A stretch of DNA of 64,000 bases from Balamuthia mandrillaris (GCA_031835245.2 JAVKOQ020000023.1:248001-312000), one strand, 5' to 3'. Positions 50,122-62,640 are shown, counted from the stretch's first letter. The notes: a model not told the origin generated them from the sequence alone. Numbers and translations: made by a program.

Positions 50122-52130
50122 TCATATGTGAAGAAAACGATTTGCAGTTGAAGTTGTGGTGGAAGCAGCAGCAGCAGCAGAGGCTTTTCTTCTTTGTGCT
50201 ATGGTGGACTCGAGCGGCGTTTTGAAGAAGAGACCATCCCGCTGCACGTCGATCGCTTTGTTCATGGAGGAGCGGAGCGTTTGCCGTTTGTCCATCGTTA
50301 GCTCTTGGTCCTGCTTGGTGGCTCCTGGTCGGTCCAGTTCCTCTTCTTCCTCCTCTTCCTCCACTTCTTCAGTTGCTGCTTCTGCTGTAGGTTTTTCAGG
50401 CGTGAACCATGCGTGCTTTAGCGTTTGTTTTGTGGTGTAACGAATTGCTGGATCTTTTTCTAGCAGATGTCTTATCAATTCTTTGGCTGCATTTTTTTGT
50501 TGCAAGCTGGTTTAAAACAAAACCACGAAAAGAAAGAGGAACGGAGTTCCTTACCACAACCAGAAACGAGGAGAGAATCGGGATCAGCAGGAAACTCGTA
50601 GAGGCCTTCTTCAACGAGATCCATTATCTCTTCATCGTCCTCGCCATGGAATGGTGGCTTTCCAAATAAACTATTCCACAAATTCATAAGAAAGAAGGAG
50701 GAGAGGGAGAGGGAGGCAAAAGTGACGTACACGAAATACATTACACAACCAAGAGCCCACATGTCAACTCCATTATCATAAATTTCATTTGCTACTATCT
50801 CAGGCGCTGCGTTCATTTTCAGTGAGAAGGACGAAGAAGCCAAAGAAGCAGAATAAGGCGAAGGAAAGGAGGAGGAGGAGGAGGAGGAGGAGGAGGAGGA
50901 GGAGGAGGAGGAGGAGGAGGAGGAGGAGGAGGAGGAGGAGGAGGAGGAGGAGGAGGAGGAGGAGGAGGAGGAGGGAGGAGGAGGAGGGAGGAGGAGGAGG
51001 GAGGAGGAGGAGGAGGAGGAGGAGGAGGAGGAGGGAGGAGGAGGAGGAGGAGGAGGAGGAGGAGGAGGAGGAGGAGGGAGGAGGAGGGAGGAGGAGGAGG
51101 AGGAGGAGGAGGAGGAGGAGGGAGCAAGAGCAAGATCTAGAAGAAGAAGAAGAAGAAGAAGAAGAAGAAGAAGAAGAAGAAGAAGAAGAAGAAGAAGAAG
51201 AAGAACAAGAAGCGAAGAAATACAAACCAACGTAGTTGACAGAGCCGCAAGGGGTGGCCAAGCTGTCTTTGCCAAACTTTGCCAATCCAAAGTCAGTTAT
51301 GCAGATATCCGTTTTTTTAGGATCTTTGGAAGAGCACAACATATTCTCCGGCTTAGGAAAGAAATAAAGAAAGGTTAGCAACATGGGAACAACTTAACAA
51401 CAAAAAAAGTAATCCATCGTTGAACATACCTTCAAGTCTCTGTGACAGATGCCTTTGTCGTGGAGATAGTCCAATCCTAAACACATCTGACGGATGATCC
51501 GGCGGGCGTCTGCCTCGCTGAACTTTTGGTTTCGTACAATAGCGTCAAACAGCTCTCCACCTTCCATCCTTTGGAAACAATGTCACAACAAATAACAGAA
51601 CGAACGCGCGAGGAAGTGATGAGAAACATGCGACAAAAGCATAAGAGGAAAGAAAGAACCTAACGAAAGAAAGGGCGATCAAATAAAAGAACAACGAACA
51701 AAGAAGAACGAAGAAGAAGAAGAAGAACAAGAACAAGAAGAAGAAGAACAAGAACAAGAACAAAGAAGAAGCACAAGAACAAGAAGAAGAAGAAGAAGAA
51801 GAAGAAGAACAAGAACAAGAAGACGAAGCTAAAACGAAGAAGGAGACGGAGAAGTAGAAGGAGAATATGAGATGGGCGAAAGTACAAGTCGAGAACGAGG
51901 CAAATGTCCAAATGGGACTCATAGATTTGGTGCACTTTAACAATGTAAGGGTGGTCGCACTCCCGAAGGATGTCTATTTCGGTGAGCACCCGCTGCTTTC
52001 TCTTGGCGGTGTCTATCTTGGCCTTGTCTATGATCTTGATGGCATACTTCTTTCCGGTCGTCAGCTGAACGCCTAAAACTACATCGGAGAAACTCCCACT
52101 ACCAATCAAACAAGGGAAGTTAAAAAAAAG

Positions 52131-52161
<31 letters not shown>

Positions 52162-52445
52162 ACTTGAAAGAAACGAACGTACGTTCCGATAATGTCTTCA
52201 AACTCATAGACCTGGTCAACGGGTGGATTTATGACAGAGTCCCTCACAATCTGTTCCCAACTCAAAGGCGGGGAGTTGTCCTCTGGCAGCTCGCTGATTT
52301 GTTTGTCGGTGGTCTCCCCGCCGTCCTCCTTCTCCGACAGTTTCTCTCCTGGCACATCCCCATCAAACTCCTCTTTCCTCCGAGGTGGCTGTTGCGGCGA
52401 GCCAAGATTTGGCTCAAGCACACTTTGTTGTGCCATTTCTTCCAT
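50122..52445 (-). CDS. CAMK-family Ser/Thr protein kinase, multi-exon
   Basis: IGT|GSFSDV, YAIKII, GGELFDAI, ICHRDLK|PENML, ITDFGLAK, TPCGSVNYV|APE, DMWALG, LFGKPPF. Confidence 0.93.
50867..51205. repeat. Long compound (GGA)n + (AGA)n microsatellite filling a kinase intron (50807-51227)
   Basis: About 250 bp of near-pure GGA followed by about 65 bp of AGA. Confidence 0.95.
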
Positions 52446-52689
52446 CTCTCTTCTTTTTAAACTTTTAAAAAGAAAAAAGTCTCGTGTCGTCGCTGGCCAA
52501 ATCTCAAAAGTAAAAAAGACGAGCTACGGTTTCGCGGAAGAGTGGACATACGGCAGCCATCAAGCGTGTCTCAACAAGTCCACCCAGAGCAGCAAATTTT
52601 TATTGGCAGCAAAATCAAGAGGTACTTTGGGTGGAGTCCAGGTGTGTGGCCATGTTGCTATGACGTGAGCCTTTTGGGCTACCACGCTC

Positions 52690-53198
52690 TCACTTCCACA
52701 GGTGCACCTCATAACCGAGGTTCAGTTGGGAGGGAGTAATCCCCAAACACGAGGCCAGTTTTACACGGCGGCGGCGGGATGTGGTTGGGGCCTCTTCATC
52801 CGACTCATACTCTGGGTCATAAAATCGTATGAGCGCCAGGCTCTGCTTGGCCTTCCATCCAGCAGCGTTTCTCTCATTGCCGGCGACCAATAACGAGCTG
52901 TAGGAGGGAGGGTAGATGGGGGGCAAGGCTCCTTCTTGGTTGAGAACTTTTTCAAGAGGTTCATAGGGGCCCTTTGTCATGTTTTGCTGCTTTGCAAACC
53001 TAAAGAACCAGGATGGAAGGTCAGCAACCATGTTTGTTGTTTTCTGCAGGGACCCTGACGAAGCATCGGCCTCGTGGGTCGGTGTGCATACATTATCTTT
53101 TGGCCTGTGTTCAGCGTACTGACTTCTGTATTCAGCCTGTTGACTTCATCGGAAAGGCTTTTAAGCTGGGCAAGAACCAGATCGAGTTTTTCTTCCAT
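52690..53198 (-). CDS. 138-aa coiled-coil protein with a Mug135/DUF1773-like C-terminal domain; 2 exons (intron 53000-53091)
   Basis: The GTATGC...TTTAG intron joins MEEKLDLVLAQLKSLSDEVNRLNTEVSTLNTGQKIM to FAKQQNM...PLEKVLNQEGALPPIYPPSY...LIRFYD...RRRVKLASCLGI in frame. The family assignment is by eye. Confidence 0.7.
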
Positions 53199-54580
53199 TG
53201 CGGCGGCTTCTCCAACGCTCCTCCTCCTCCTCCTGCTACCTTTTCTTATCTGTGGTGTTTCCCTCCTTTTTTTTTTTGTTGCTTTTTGTTTGCCACCTCC
53301 GGAGTTGAAAGGCACACGTCATCGGGCAACCTCCGAAACTCCGAATCCGCTCTAATAGATAAATTTCAGAGTTACTTGGGTACGAGGTTGAGCAGCTGGG
53401 CACGTCGGAGAAGGACAGAAAGAAGCGCAAGCAGTGCGGAGCACGCCACACGACAGCCAACAATGGGCAAGGAGGAGTGGAAGAGGGGAGAGGGGAGAGG
53501 CCCCAGACAGTAGGCAAAGAAAAGCACACCTGATTCAGCGGTCAAGCGCTACTTTTCGAAAGAAAAAAGCGGTATGCATCCCTTCCCCTTTCTTTCTTTC
53601 TCACCCCCCAAGGAGAGACAGGGCAAATCGAATTTGGTGATTATCTCACTAGCGAGTGGCGCAGAGAGGAGAATCTTTTGTGTGTGTGAAACGCGACAAA
53701 CGAGAGTTGGGAGAGGATCAGGAGAGTAACGGAGCGAATTGTGACTTTTAGGCGAGGGCTTGAGAGGAGGCGGCTTTCTAAATCTATATCTTGGAGCTTT
53801 GTTGTTTCATTAATCTGAAGAGAGAAAAACATCATTCCTTCCTTTAGCTTAAGTTTTTGTTTTGTCACCCACTTTCTTGTTCAGCAGTAATCGCCTGAAG
53901 GAGTAAGACGTTATGGAGCTATTAACTTAGGCTCTGGTTGTGTCGTCGTCAAAAGTGATGGGACAGAGGCTCAAAAGGTACGTCAAATTGGAGAGAATGA
54001 GTGACAAGGGAGCGAAACCACTGAGCGGAAAGTAGGGCAGAGAGGAAAGAAGAAAGAGAGGAAGAGAGAGAGAGAGAGAGAGAGGCAGAGAGGTAGAGAC
54101 AAGAGCAACGATGGGAGAAAAGAGTGAGAGGACGAGAAAAGAGAATGAGAGAAAGGGAGAGGGAGAGAGAGGGAGAGCGAGAGCGAGAAGTCAGCCAGCA
54201 AATAGAAAGGAGAGGGAAGATTAGGGAGAAGAGATATGAGAGTTGCTAAGAGCAGGGAGAGCAGGGAGGGGCAGAGAGAATACAGCTCTGACACATCCTC
54301 AGCAAAGGCAGGTGCACGCTTAATTGGGGGCGAGAGTTCTTTGCTTTTCACAAAAAGGCAACCAATACTTTGGCGCCACAACAGCCCGACTATCGTACAA
54401 CGTATTTTACGTGGAGCCCAGACGCAAGGAAAAAGTAAAGAAAAAATTAAAAGTGAGACACCGCACAACGCAAGGTACGTTGCCCGTTGTTGCTCTTTAA
54501 CCATTGACCCCGTTTTCGCCAGGCCAACACAACTATTTTTTCTTCTTGTTCTTCTTTATCGTGTTTTATTCACTTTGTAG

Positions 54581-55764
54581 ATGCCGTTCCATTCCAAACC
54601 GGAAGATGTAACTCAAAATGCCATACAAGAGTGGCTTGCTGAAAATGAAGTGCGAGACCCCGAAGAAAAGCGTGCTCTTCTTCTGCAATCAGTAGAGCTT
54701 GGCACACTTCCTGTTTGCTCTCTATGCTCCCTTCATATTACTTGGTACCTTTGCTTTTCTCTTCTCCACGCTTTTATTTGTTCTGTTCTCTGCCCTCTTC
54801 TCCGCTCTTTTCTCTGATCCTTCTTCCCTGTCCCTTCGCTCTACTCACATTTTTTAACAAAAGGCTGGTTTTAGAAGATGCCCACATACACACCATTCCG
54901 CCGGAGATCAACTGTCTTTGCTCGCTTGAAGGCCTCCGCTTAGGGCGCAATCGTTTGAAAACATTGCCCAAAGAAATAACTTGTCTCAACAAGTTGTTAG
55001 TGTTGGACTTAGACCACAACTGCCTTTGTTCCCTTCCTCATACTATCCATGGGTTGAGCAATCTTCAGTGTTTACACCTTCGTGGGAACTCTTCTTTACG
55101 TTGCTTGCCATGTTCCATCCTGCAGCTGCGTTTGTCCGAGTTTACCATCGACGAACTTACCACCAAAGAAGAGCAGTTCCTACACTCGTTTTTTGATGGT
55201 TGCAAAAAGAGAAACGACAGCTCAGCCATTCCTACCTATCATGCGCCCAACGACATAACTCCGCAAAAACAAGAAGAGGATGAAGAAGTCGAAGACGAAG
55301 CTGAAGAAAAAGAGAGCAAAACGAAAGTTTGGACGAGCTACACGCCGAGTTCGCTGGTAGACTTGTGCTTAGCGCATTTAGCATGTGCTCGTGAACAACA
55401 CATGGCCAAGGAGGAGGAAGAAGAGGACGAAAGAGCGAGTGACATTGCGTTTTTACCCGAAGAGTTAAAGCACAGCCTGCAATGCAAACGTAAAGAATGC
55501 CACGCGTGTTCCGCTCCTTTTTTCAACAGGGGAACTATCGACGAGCAGATTGAACGAAGAACCTGGAAGCAGCACTGCGACCTCCACGACGAAGAGCAGC
55601 CAGAGGAAGAGAACGAAGAGGAAGAGCGTTTATGCCGTGTTCTGAGGAAACTGTGGAGAAGAGCGCCCGCTCAGCAATTTTGTTTCTGTTCGTTGTTGGG
55701 CAGAAAGGTCCTCCTTCACGGAAACTACTGTCTTGCTTGTGGCGGCTCTCCTTCTGCCGTTTGA
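54581..55764 (+). CDS. Short LRR protein with an LRRC58-like BC-box/Zn-finger tail, 2 exons
   Basis: About 4 LRRs (IPPEINCLCSLEGLRLGRNRLKTLPKEI); tail TPSSLVDLCLAHL...LPEELKHSL...CHAC...YCLAC. Confidence 0.8.
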
Positions 55765-55798
55765 CTTCACCGCCGCTTTGCTCTAACAAGCCTCCCTT

Positions 55799-55835
<37 letters not shown>

Positions 55836-55894
55836 CAACTTAACAACAGTTTCATGCTTCTCCTTTTAGTTGCTTTGTTGGAATAGAAAAAGGA

Positions 55895-57285
55895 TTAAGC
55901 AGGAATCATTCCAGCAAAGTTGAAGTTGATATCAGTGGATTGGCAAACACACTCCTCACACTGGTCAGGGCACGTCTCGCAGGTCTCCGCCTCAGGACAG
56001 CCCGAGCAAGGAAGGTCCAGGTTGAGGTCAGCAGCCACGACACCCCCCTCGAAACGTGCGGTGAAGGAGCGGGACACGAAACCAGAGGAAAAGGTGTAGG
56101 GGAGGGTCCAGCCCTCTCCGTGCACGAACCAGGGCCTCTGCGAGGGGATGTATTCGCGTTCGTCCACGCTGACGGTGGTGCGCAGGCTGCCATCCTCAAA
56201 GAGGTTGTAGGTGTAGATCTTGCTGTCTCTGAAGAAGGCGGGGCACAGGATGGTGGCGTAGTATTGCTCCTGCCCGGATGCACAGATCTCTGAGCCCGTT
56301 ACCTTTTTGTGTGGTGTGATGTTGCAGCAGAGGTTAGTGGAGAGAAAGGTGGTGACTTTCAACAACTGACACAAACAAACTAACAAAGGAGACAGCGCTT
56401 ACATCGTTGGCACAGTTGAACAAGCTGATGTAGACATCATTCCCGGTGGCCAGGTACAGGTCAAAGACCTCATCGCTCTCGGAGAGTCGCATAAAGTTCA
56501 ACAAGCGGCTGGTGATTTCACTGAGATCCTCCAAGCTGGCAGCGTCTCCAGGGTTCTTGATGGTGGTAGCAGCGGTAGTGAGGACCAAAGGAACAGCGTC
56601 CTTGTTCATCAAGCAGAAAGAGCAGGGCTCCCTGGGTGTTCTATCCACACCGACCCTGCCCAGGCCGTATGGAGCCAAGATGGTGGTCACCACCTGTTTG
56701 GTGTCAGAGTCAGGGTAGGCCTCGCTCCAACCTTCCTGGGTGGGCCACCAGGGGCGAGAGGTTGGGTCGTAGGCGGAGGAGCCGGTCTCTTCGGCGGTGG
56801 CAATCTCAAAGGGGACGTCGTCCTCGATGATGAAGTCATGGCGATCCTCATCCCCAAAGAAAAGGGGGTTCCTTACGTTGGCGTAGTACTTGGTGTTTCG
56901 GCACAAGCTGTGAGAAAGGTGTAAGCGGCTTTGCAGGAGCAGGCACTAAAACGGGCAAAACGGAAAAGAAAGAAGCAAACCCAGAAGCAGCGCCCTCATA
57001 GTTCTTGCAGAACCCAACGCCATACCAAGCTGATCCATCACCGTTGGTGACGAATGCAACCTGTTTGTAGGTGGAAGAAACGGAGTCCAAGGCGTCTACC
57101 AAAGTACGGATAACGTTGTTGATAGCTCCTTGGGTGGGTGTCTCTTCAGAAGGGAAAGGAACGTTGGAGGCCAGAACGAACTCAACCACTGAATTGGCGT
57201 AGGACGCCTCGTAGCAGTCATCCGCACCAACAGTTACACCTATCAAGGCAGCGCACACCACCAATGCCAACAAACACTTCTTCAT
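55895..57285 (-). CDS. Secreted protein with two Cache/PDC-like repeats and a Cys-rich C-terminus, 3 exons
   Basis: Signal peptide MKKCLLALVVCAALIGVTVG; YDPTSRPWW...GWSEAYPD...RVGVD and YIPSQRPWF...GWTLPY...VVAADL; CSGC..CETC..CEECVC. Confidence 0.75.
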
Positions 57286-57515
57286 CCTCCTCTCTTCTTA
57301 ACGGTGCTGCTGTTCTGCCAAACCAACTCGGACCACGTTAACTTTTTTGGGGGAAGAGACGCCGATGAAAAAAGGAAAAAATTGGAGGCGAGGGTTCTTT
57401 CCGAATTTAACACTTTTGTCGACGGATAAGAACCAAGTTATCTCCTGTCCAGCAAGAAGACAGGAGAGTGGAGAAGAACAAAGAAAGAAGTGGAGAAGAA
57501 GAAGAGAGCCACAAC

Positions 57516-57845
57516 ATGTCGTCCGCAGGCCGGTTGGCGACGGCAGCGGAAGCCAAGGCCCTGTACAGAAAGATTTTGAAGCACGTGAAAAAGATGGAGA
57601 ACCCCGCACAACAAAACTACTATTATTCCTACGCCAGAGACGTAAGCATACCGCAAAGCTGTGTTATCTGATGTCACTGCTAACCGCCTCGTTTTTTCTT
57701 CAAGAACTTTATTCAGCACATGGATGAAGACGACCCAAAAAGGATCAGTCAAATCATTAACGCAGGAAAGCAACACACCAAGTGGGTTCTTGCCAAGGTT
57801 GGTTGTTGCACTGTTGCAAACTGCACCTATGATCCACCAACGCTG

Positions 57846-57894
<49 letters not shown>

Positions 57895-57977
57895 GTCTGC
57901 CTGTTCCCTCGTCTCTTGTTCTCTCTCCCCTTCCACTCTTGCAGTATGCCATTGAGGATGAACAACCAGACCTGTGA
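57516..57977 (+). CDS. LYRM9: LYR-motif protein (LYRM9-like), 3 exons
   Basis: KALYRKILKHVKKM...YYYSYARD|NFIQHMDEDDPKRISQII...WVLAK|Y. Confidence 0.78.
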
Positions 57978-58189
57978 ATAGACCAACAAAGCTTTTTTTT
58001 TTCCTTATATAAAAACAATGATGCATCAACCACTAGCCATCTCTTTGATATGAAGAGACCTCTTCCTTCATTGCTTCATCCTTTCATCTTCTGCACCACC
58101 TCAACCAAAACAGAGAGAGCAAGAGAAGAAGCAGAGAACAGATAAAAAGACAAGAAGAGGGAGGGAACAGCATTTACTTATTGTTACAT

Positions 58190-60495
58190 TCATGCAGAGC
58201 GATCAAAGATGGAGACTTTATCGCCAGCTCTGTACAAAGTAACGGCAGGACAGACCTCGCTGGGCAAACCCCTGTGGCAAATACCATGATCCGTTCCATC
58301 CACGGAAAAGCTCAACGTCCTTTTCTCCATGTCGAGGTGGATGCTGACCACGCTGCCCGTCTTGAAAGAGGTGCCATAGTTGCTGTTCTGTTGGTTGTGG
58401 GTCTTGCCCCACCCTTGCTTGCTGCCAAATGCCCACGAATCCTTATAGTGCCCTATGTAACCTGTTTTTGTTGTTTCCACCAGACGTTTTGGGAAGTTAG
58501 TGTAAACGCTGAGCACAACACAGAACGAAAAACGCTGAGCAGAACGGAGACTAACCGGCAACAGAATCGGTCCAACCGGTGTAGTCACGCCCCACAACGC
58601 CGAGAAAGATCCAGTCAGAGCTGTTGGAAACGATGGCAATGTCCCACGTGTGCACCCCACTGCTCACCCAACGGTCCGCCAAAACGGTGGACCAGGCACT
58701 CCGCTTCGTTGGCGGCAGTTTGCAGGCAGCGGTGGCACGGTCCTCTGATAGCTCGATCGTTGGCGAGGCATGCTCAGCATCCCATCGCAGCTGTGTTGCT
58801 GTTGTGTCATATTAGTAACAAAGTTGACAACAAATAACAAAAACAAAAGGAGAGAAGCAAAAGATAACTTACTAGCACGAGCTTGTGTGCGAAGAAGAGA
58901 GTGTTCTCCAACTGGCTTTTGATAGAGCTTCCAGCGATAGGCTTCATGTACAAGATCTGTTTGCGGTTTTTTTGTGTTAAAAAAAATGCGGCAAGGCGTA
59001 AAGAGAGAAAGAAAAAAGCACAAAGGAGATAGAGGGATACCATGAACAAATGGCAAGTCTTTCAGCTCTTCGTTAAACTCAACCTCTTCCACCAGAAATC
59101 TGTTCGACAACTGGCCAAAGCGAATCAATGGAAGAAGTCGTTGCAGAGTTGCCACTCGTTTCTCCTGTTTGTTGGCATACCGCAATACGCTTCTAAAAAC
59201 TTCTTCTTCTCTGCTAACTACAAAGCGAAAAAGGTTACTGAAAGAAGAAAGAGACGAACTTCAAATAACAAACAGACAAAAACAAAAGCAAAGAAAGAAA
59301 CTTAACCTTTGATGCTGTTGTTTTTGAGAAGTTCTTCCCAAGTGGAAATCTTCAGAGTCATCAAAGAGTCGTCTCTGAGGCACTGATCGAACTGCTCAGC
59401 AATGTGAGAGGCACATCTCACTTCCAACGCTTTGCAGTCGAACGCATCCGCCAACTCCAACAGTCGTCCCAAATCCTTCTTTTCGTCATGGAGGAAGAGG
59501 AACTCTCCACATTTGGTCTTGAGCACATCCACTTCAAATGTATGAGCCATTTCAAGCAACGGAAGCGCGGTGTCCGAGCTCAACTCTGTTATTCCAGTAT
59601 ACAAAACTGTTTTTGTTGTTGGAAGAAATGAGTCAGAGAGGCTAAAAGGAGGAGAAACAAAAACAAAAGCATAATCACAAAACGATACGAACATCGCAAT
59701 AGTTGCTTGAAAATAGGAACAGTTTTCTCTCCAGCAGGTAATGTAACTTCCAGCTCTTCCCGTTCCTCATCCTCCATCAGTTGCTTCCGCCAGACAGCGC
59801 TCCACGCGCTCAACACGAACTTGTGAGCTGGTATCTTCTCTCCATGCACCGTCAACACCACATCGCTGAACAAAGGTACCTCCACGTATCGAGAAAGTTC
59901 TCTTTGTAACTGTTGTTTTTTTTGAAGGTGGAAATGGTTCAGCATAAGAAAGAACAAGAACAACAGCAGCAGCAGCATAAGGAGACAAAGGTAACGAAAA
60001 GAAAGATAGCACGAGACGACAAGAGAGAAGAAAACGACAAGAACGGAACGAAAAACCAGAAAGGGAAACGAAATAGAAACATAAAAGACAAGACAGAAAG
60101 GCCAAAAATAGATGAAACAAAGGAAGCAGCACGTACCACGTTGCCAAATTGTTGTGCGTCCAACTCGAGTCCAACTTTAAGAGCAGCGCTGTAGTAGAGA
60201 ACATTTGTTGTTGTGGTAAGGCAACGGGAACGAAAAAAGAAATAAACCGACAAGCAAAAAAAAAAGAGTACTTTGGTGAGGCAAGTGTGGGCACAGGGGC
60301 AGACTCCTTGGCAGCCAGCAGAGTGGCAGCCGCACCGCTTTCAAAAAACTCGGCGGTGGCTTTGGCCAGGTCCCAGGCGTAGGTCTCCAAGAACATGAGG
60401 CTGGTTTCGGTATCGGCGCCCGTCACGCTCGCGAACTGCGCCACAAGGTCATCGTTGCGCCTCGACATTTTCTTTCCCAGACCTAGCTTGCTCAT
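58190..60495 (-). CDS. UBA-like + BTB/BACK + SPRY-domain protein, multi-exon
   Basis: QFASVTGAD...FLETYAWDLAKATAEFFE (UBA-like); FSDVVLTVHGEKIPAHKFVLSAWSAVW (BTB); LLPLIRFGQL (BACK); YGTSFKTGSVVSIHLDMEKRTLSFSVDG...CPAVTL (SPRY). Confidence 0.85.
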
Positions 60496-61062
60496 CTATC
60501 AAAACCAAACCACAAACGATCCCACCCCTAATCAAACCAACAGTACGTTCAGCAACAAACCCCAAAAAAAAAAAAAAAAAATCAGCACCGCTGAGACTGC
60601 TTCTCTTGTCTCTCTTCTTTGTGTTGAGCCCAAATTTTTTTGCTCAGCGAAAAAAAATTCACTACATAATTCCGCGAAAAAATTAAAAATGCAATAATGA
60701 AATTTCGATGACAGGAGATAGAATTGTCGACAAAAATAAAAAACACACGAAACAACGACAAAGAGAGAGACAGAGAGAGAAGAGGCGGTTCGTTCGTTGC
60801 CACTTTTTTTTTTTCCAAGTCGTTTTTGCTGCTGCGCGCGGGGGACTCCTCTCTGTCTGTGGATTTGGTGGTGAGGCTTACGTGGTTTTTCGCAAGAGCC
60901 TCTATCTTTGCTGGAAGATTCCTTAAAAGTGGATAGTCCGCCCTTCCCCCTCCCCACGTTTGTTCATTTCCTTTTTTTAAAAAAAAATTTATTCATTTTT
61001 GTTAAAAAATAGATCAGTAAGAAGAGGCAAGCAGGGGGTCATAAAGAAAAGGAAACGCAAAG

Positions 61063-61146
61063 ATGGACCTTCGCTTTTATCCCGACGAAGCGGTGGTTGA
61101 GGCCAAAATGGTCGTGCTTGGGGACTGTGGTAAAATCGTTTTCTGC

Positions 61147-61198
<52 letters not shown>

Positions 61199-62563
61199 CT
61201 CTTCCTGATTGCTCTCCCTCTTCCTTTATTTTTTCGTGCTTCTTTTTTTTTCTTCTTGTTTGTTGTCGGCGAGTCCCAACCGTTGCTCTCTTTGCTTGTT
61301 TTTATTTTTTAGGAGTGGGAAAGTCCTCTCTCATCATACGTTACGTGCATGACGAGTTTACAGAAGACCAGGCCACCACCATTGGCGCTTCCTTCATGAC
61401 CACCAAAATGTAACTGTTCTCTTCGCTTTTTCTTATTCCTTCTTTCTTCACCCTTGCTTCCTCTCTGTTTCTTCATTCTATCGTTATTCTCTGTTTTTTT
61501 TTTCTTTCCCCGTTTCTTAATGTTTTCTCTATGTCCTGTTTTCTAAACTTCTCGTTCTCTCTTCTTGCGTTAACATTACTTCGGCTATCATAGTCATGTG
61601 GATGGGCTCACACTAAAGCTTCAGATTTGGGATACAGCAGGTTCCCTACTTTGCTGCTTCTTTCTGTTATCTCTCTCCTTTATCTTTCTTCTCATTTCAA
61701 TCAACAGGACAAGAACGCTTCCGGGCAATGACGCCAATGTATTATAGGGGTGCAGCGGCCGCTTTGCTCGTTTACAGCATTACCGACAAAGAGAGTTTTG
61801 AGGCAGTGAAGAGTTGGGTCAAAGGTACGTTGTTGATGATTTAGCTATGAGTGCATTTTTTTCCTATGTTAACTCTTTTATCTCGCAAACAGAGCTTAAG
61901 AATAGTCTCGGCAAACAATTCGAAAACTTGAGTACGTTCCGCTTACTTATCCTAGAGAGTGAAAGAAGAAAGCGAGAAAGACAAGGCACGCAAAAGATTT
62001 GGAGCTAATTGTTCTGTCCTTTTTATTTCCTTAATAATGCAGCATTGGTGATAGCAGGCAACAAGTTGGATTTGGACAAAAGTCGACAAGTTAGTACGCA
62101 AGAAGCACAAGAATATGCCGACGAAATAGATGCTGTACTCATCGAAACCTCTGCCTCTACCGGAACTGGTACCCTTCTTTCTCCTTTCTGCACTTTTTCT
62201 CATCCCTTCCTATTTCATCTTTTCTCTTGTGCTCTTTCCATTGTTCCTCCGATCTCTTTCCCCCTCTTTCTCTTGTTATGTTCTGTGTCTTATCTTATTT
62301 TTTCTTTTCTCTTTCAATCTCTTCTTCTTCCACCTCCTTGTATCTTCTTTCTCAAACAATTACCAAAAAAAAAAAATTAAAAAGGAGTGGCATCCGTGTT
62401 CGCAGAGCTAAGCACAAGACTGCTGCGAGTGGCGAAGGAGCAAGGGGCAAGGGGTGAGGGAGACAGAGGGCGGGGCAGCGTTTGGCTCAAAGCCGAGCAA
62501 TCAGAGGATGGGCAGACCTCCGACTCCAAAAGTGCTGACAGAAAGTGTTGTATATTGCAGTAG
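61063..62563 (+). CDS. Rab GTPase (Rab5/21/22/31-like group), multi-exon
   Basis: KMVVLGDC|GVGKSS, TTIGASF, LQIWDTA|GQERFRAMTPMYYRGA, IAGNKLDL, ETSA; ends RKCCILQ*. Confidence 0.93.
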
Positions 62564-62640
62564 TAGTAGTACTTCTTCTCCACTCCCATTTTGTTTTAAA
62601 AAAAGGTTTGTTTTTCGTTTTCTGTTATTTTGTTGTTCTT

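Noticed and set aside
50475..51384. Long poly-Leu/Pro/Ser/Arg/Glu ORFs
   Set aside because: Artefacts of stop-free triplet microsatellites inside a kinase intron.
58957..59040. Intron starting GTATCCCT, close to the U12-type donor GTATCCTT
   Set aside because: Mismatch at +7 and the branch region is TTTTTAAC rather than TCCTTAAC; compatible with an ordinary U2 intron.
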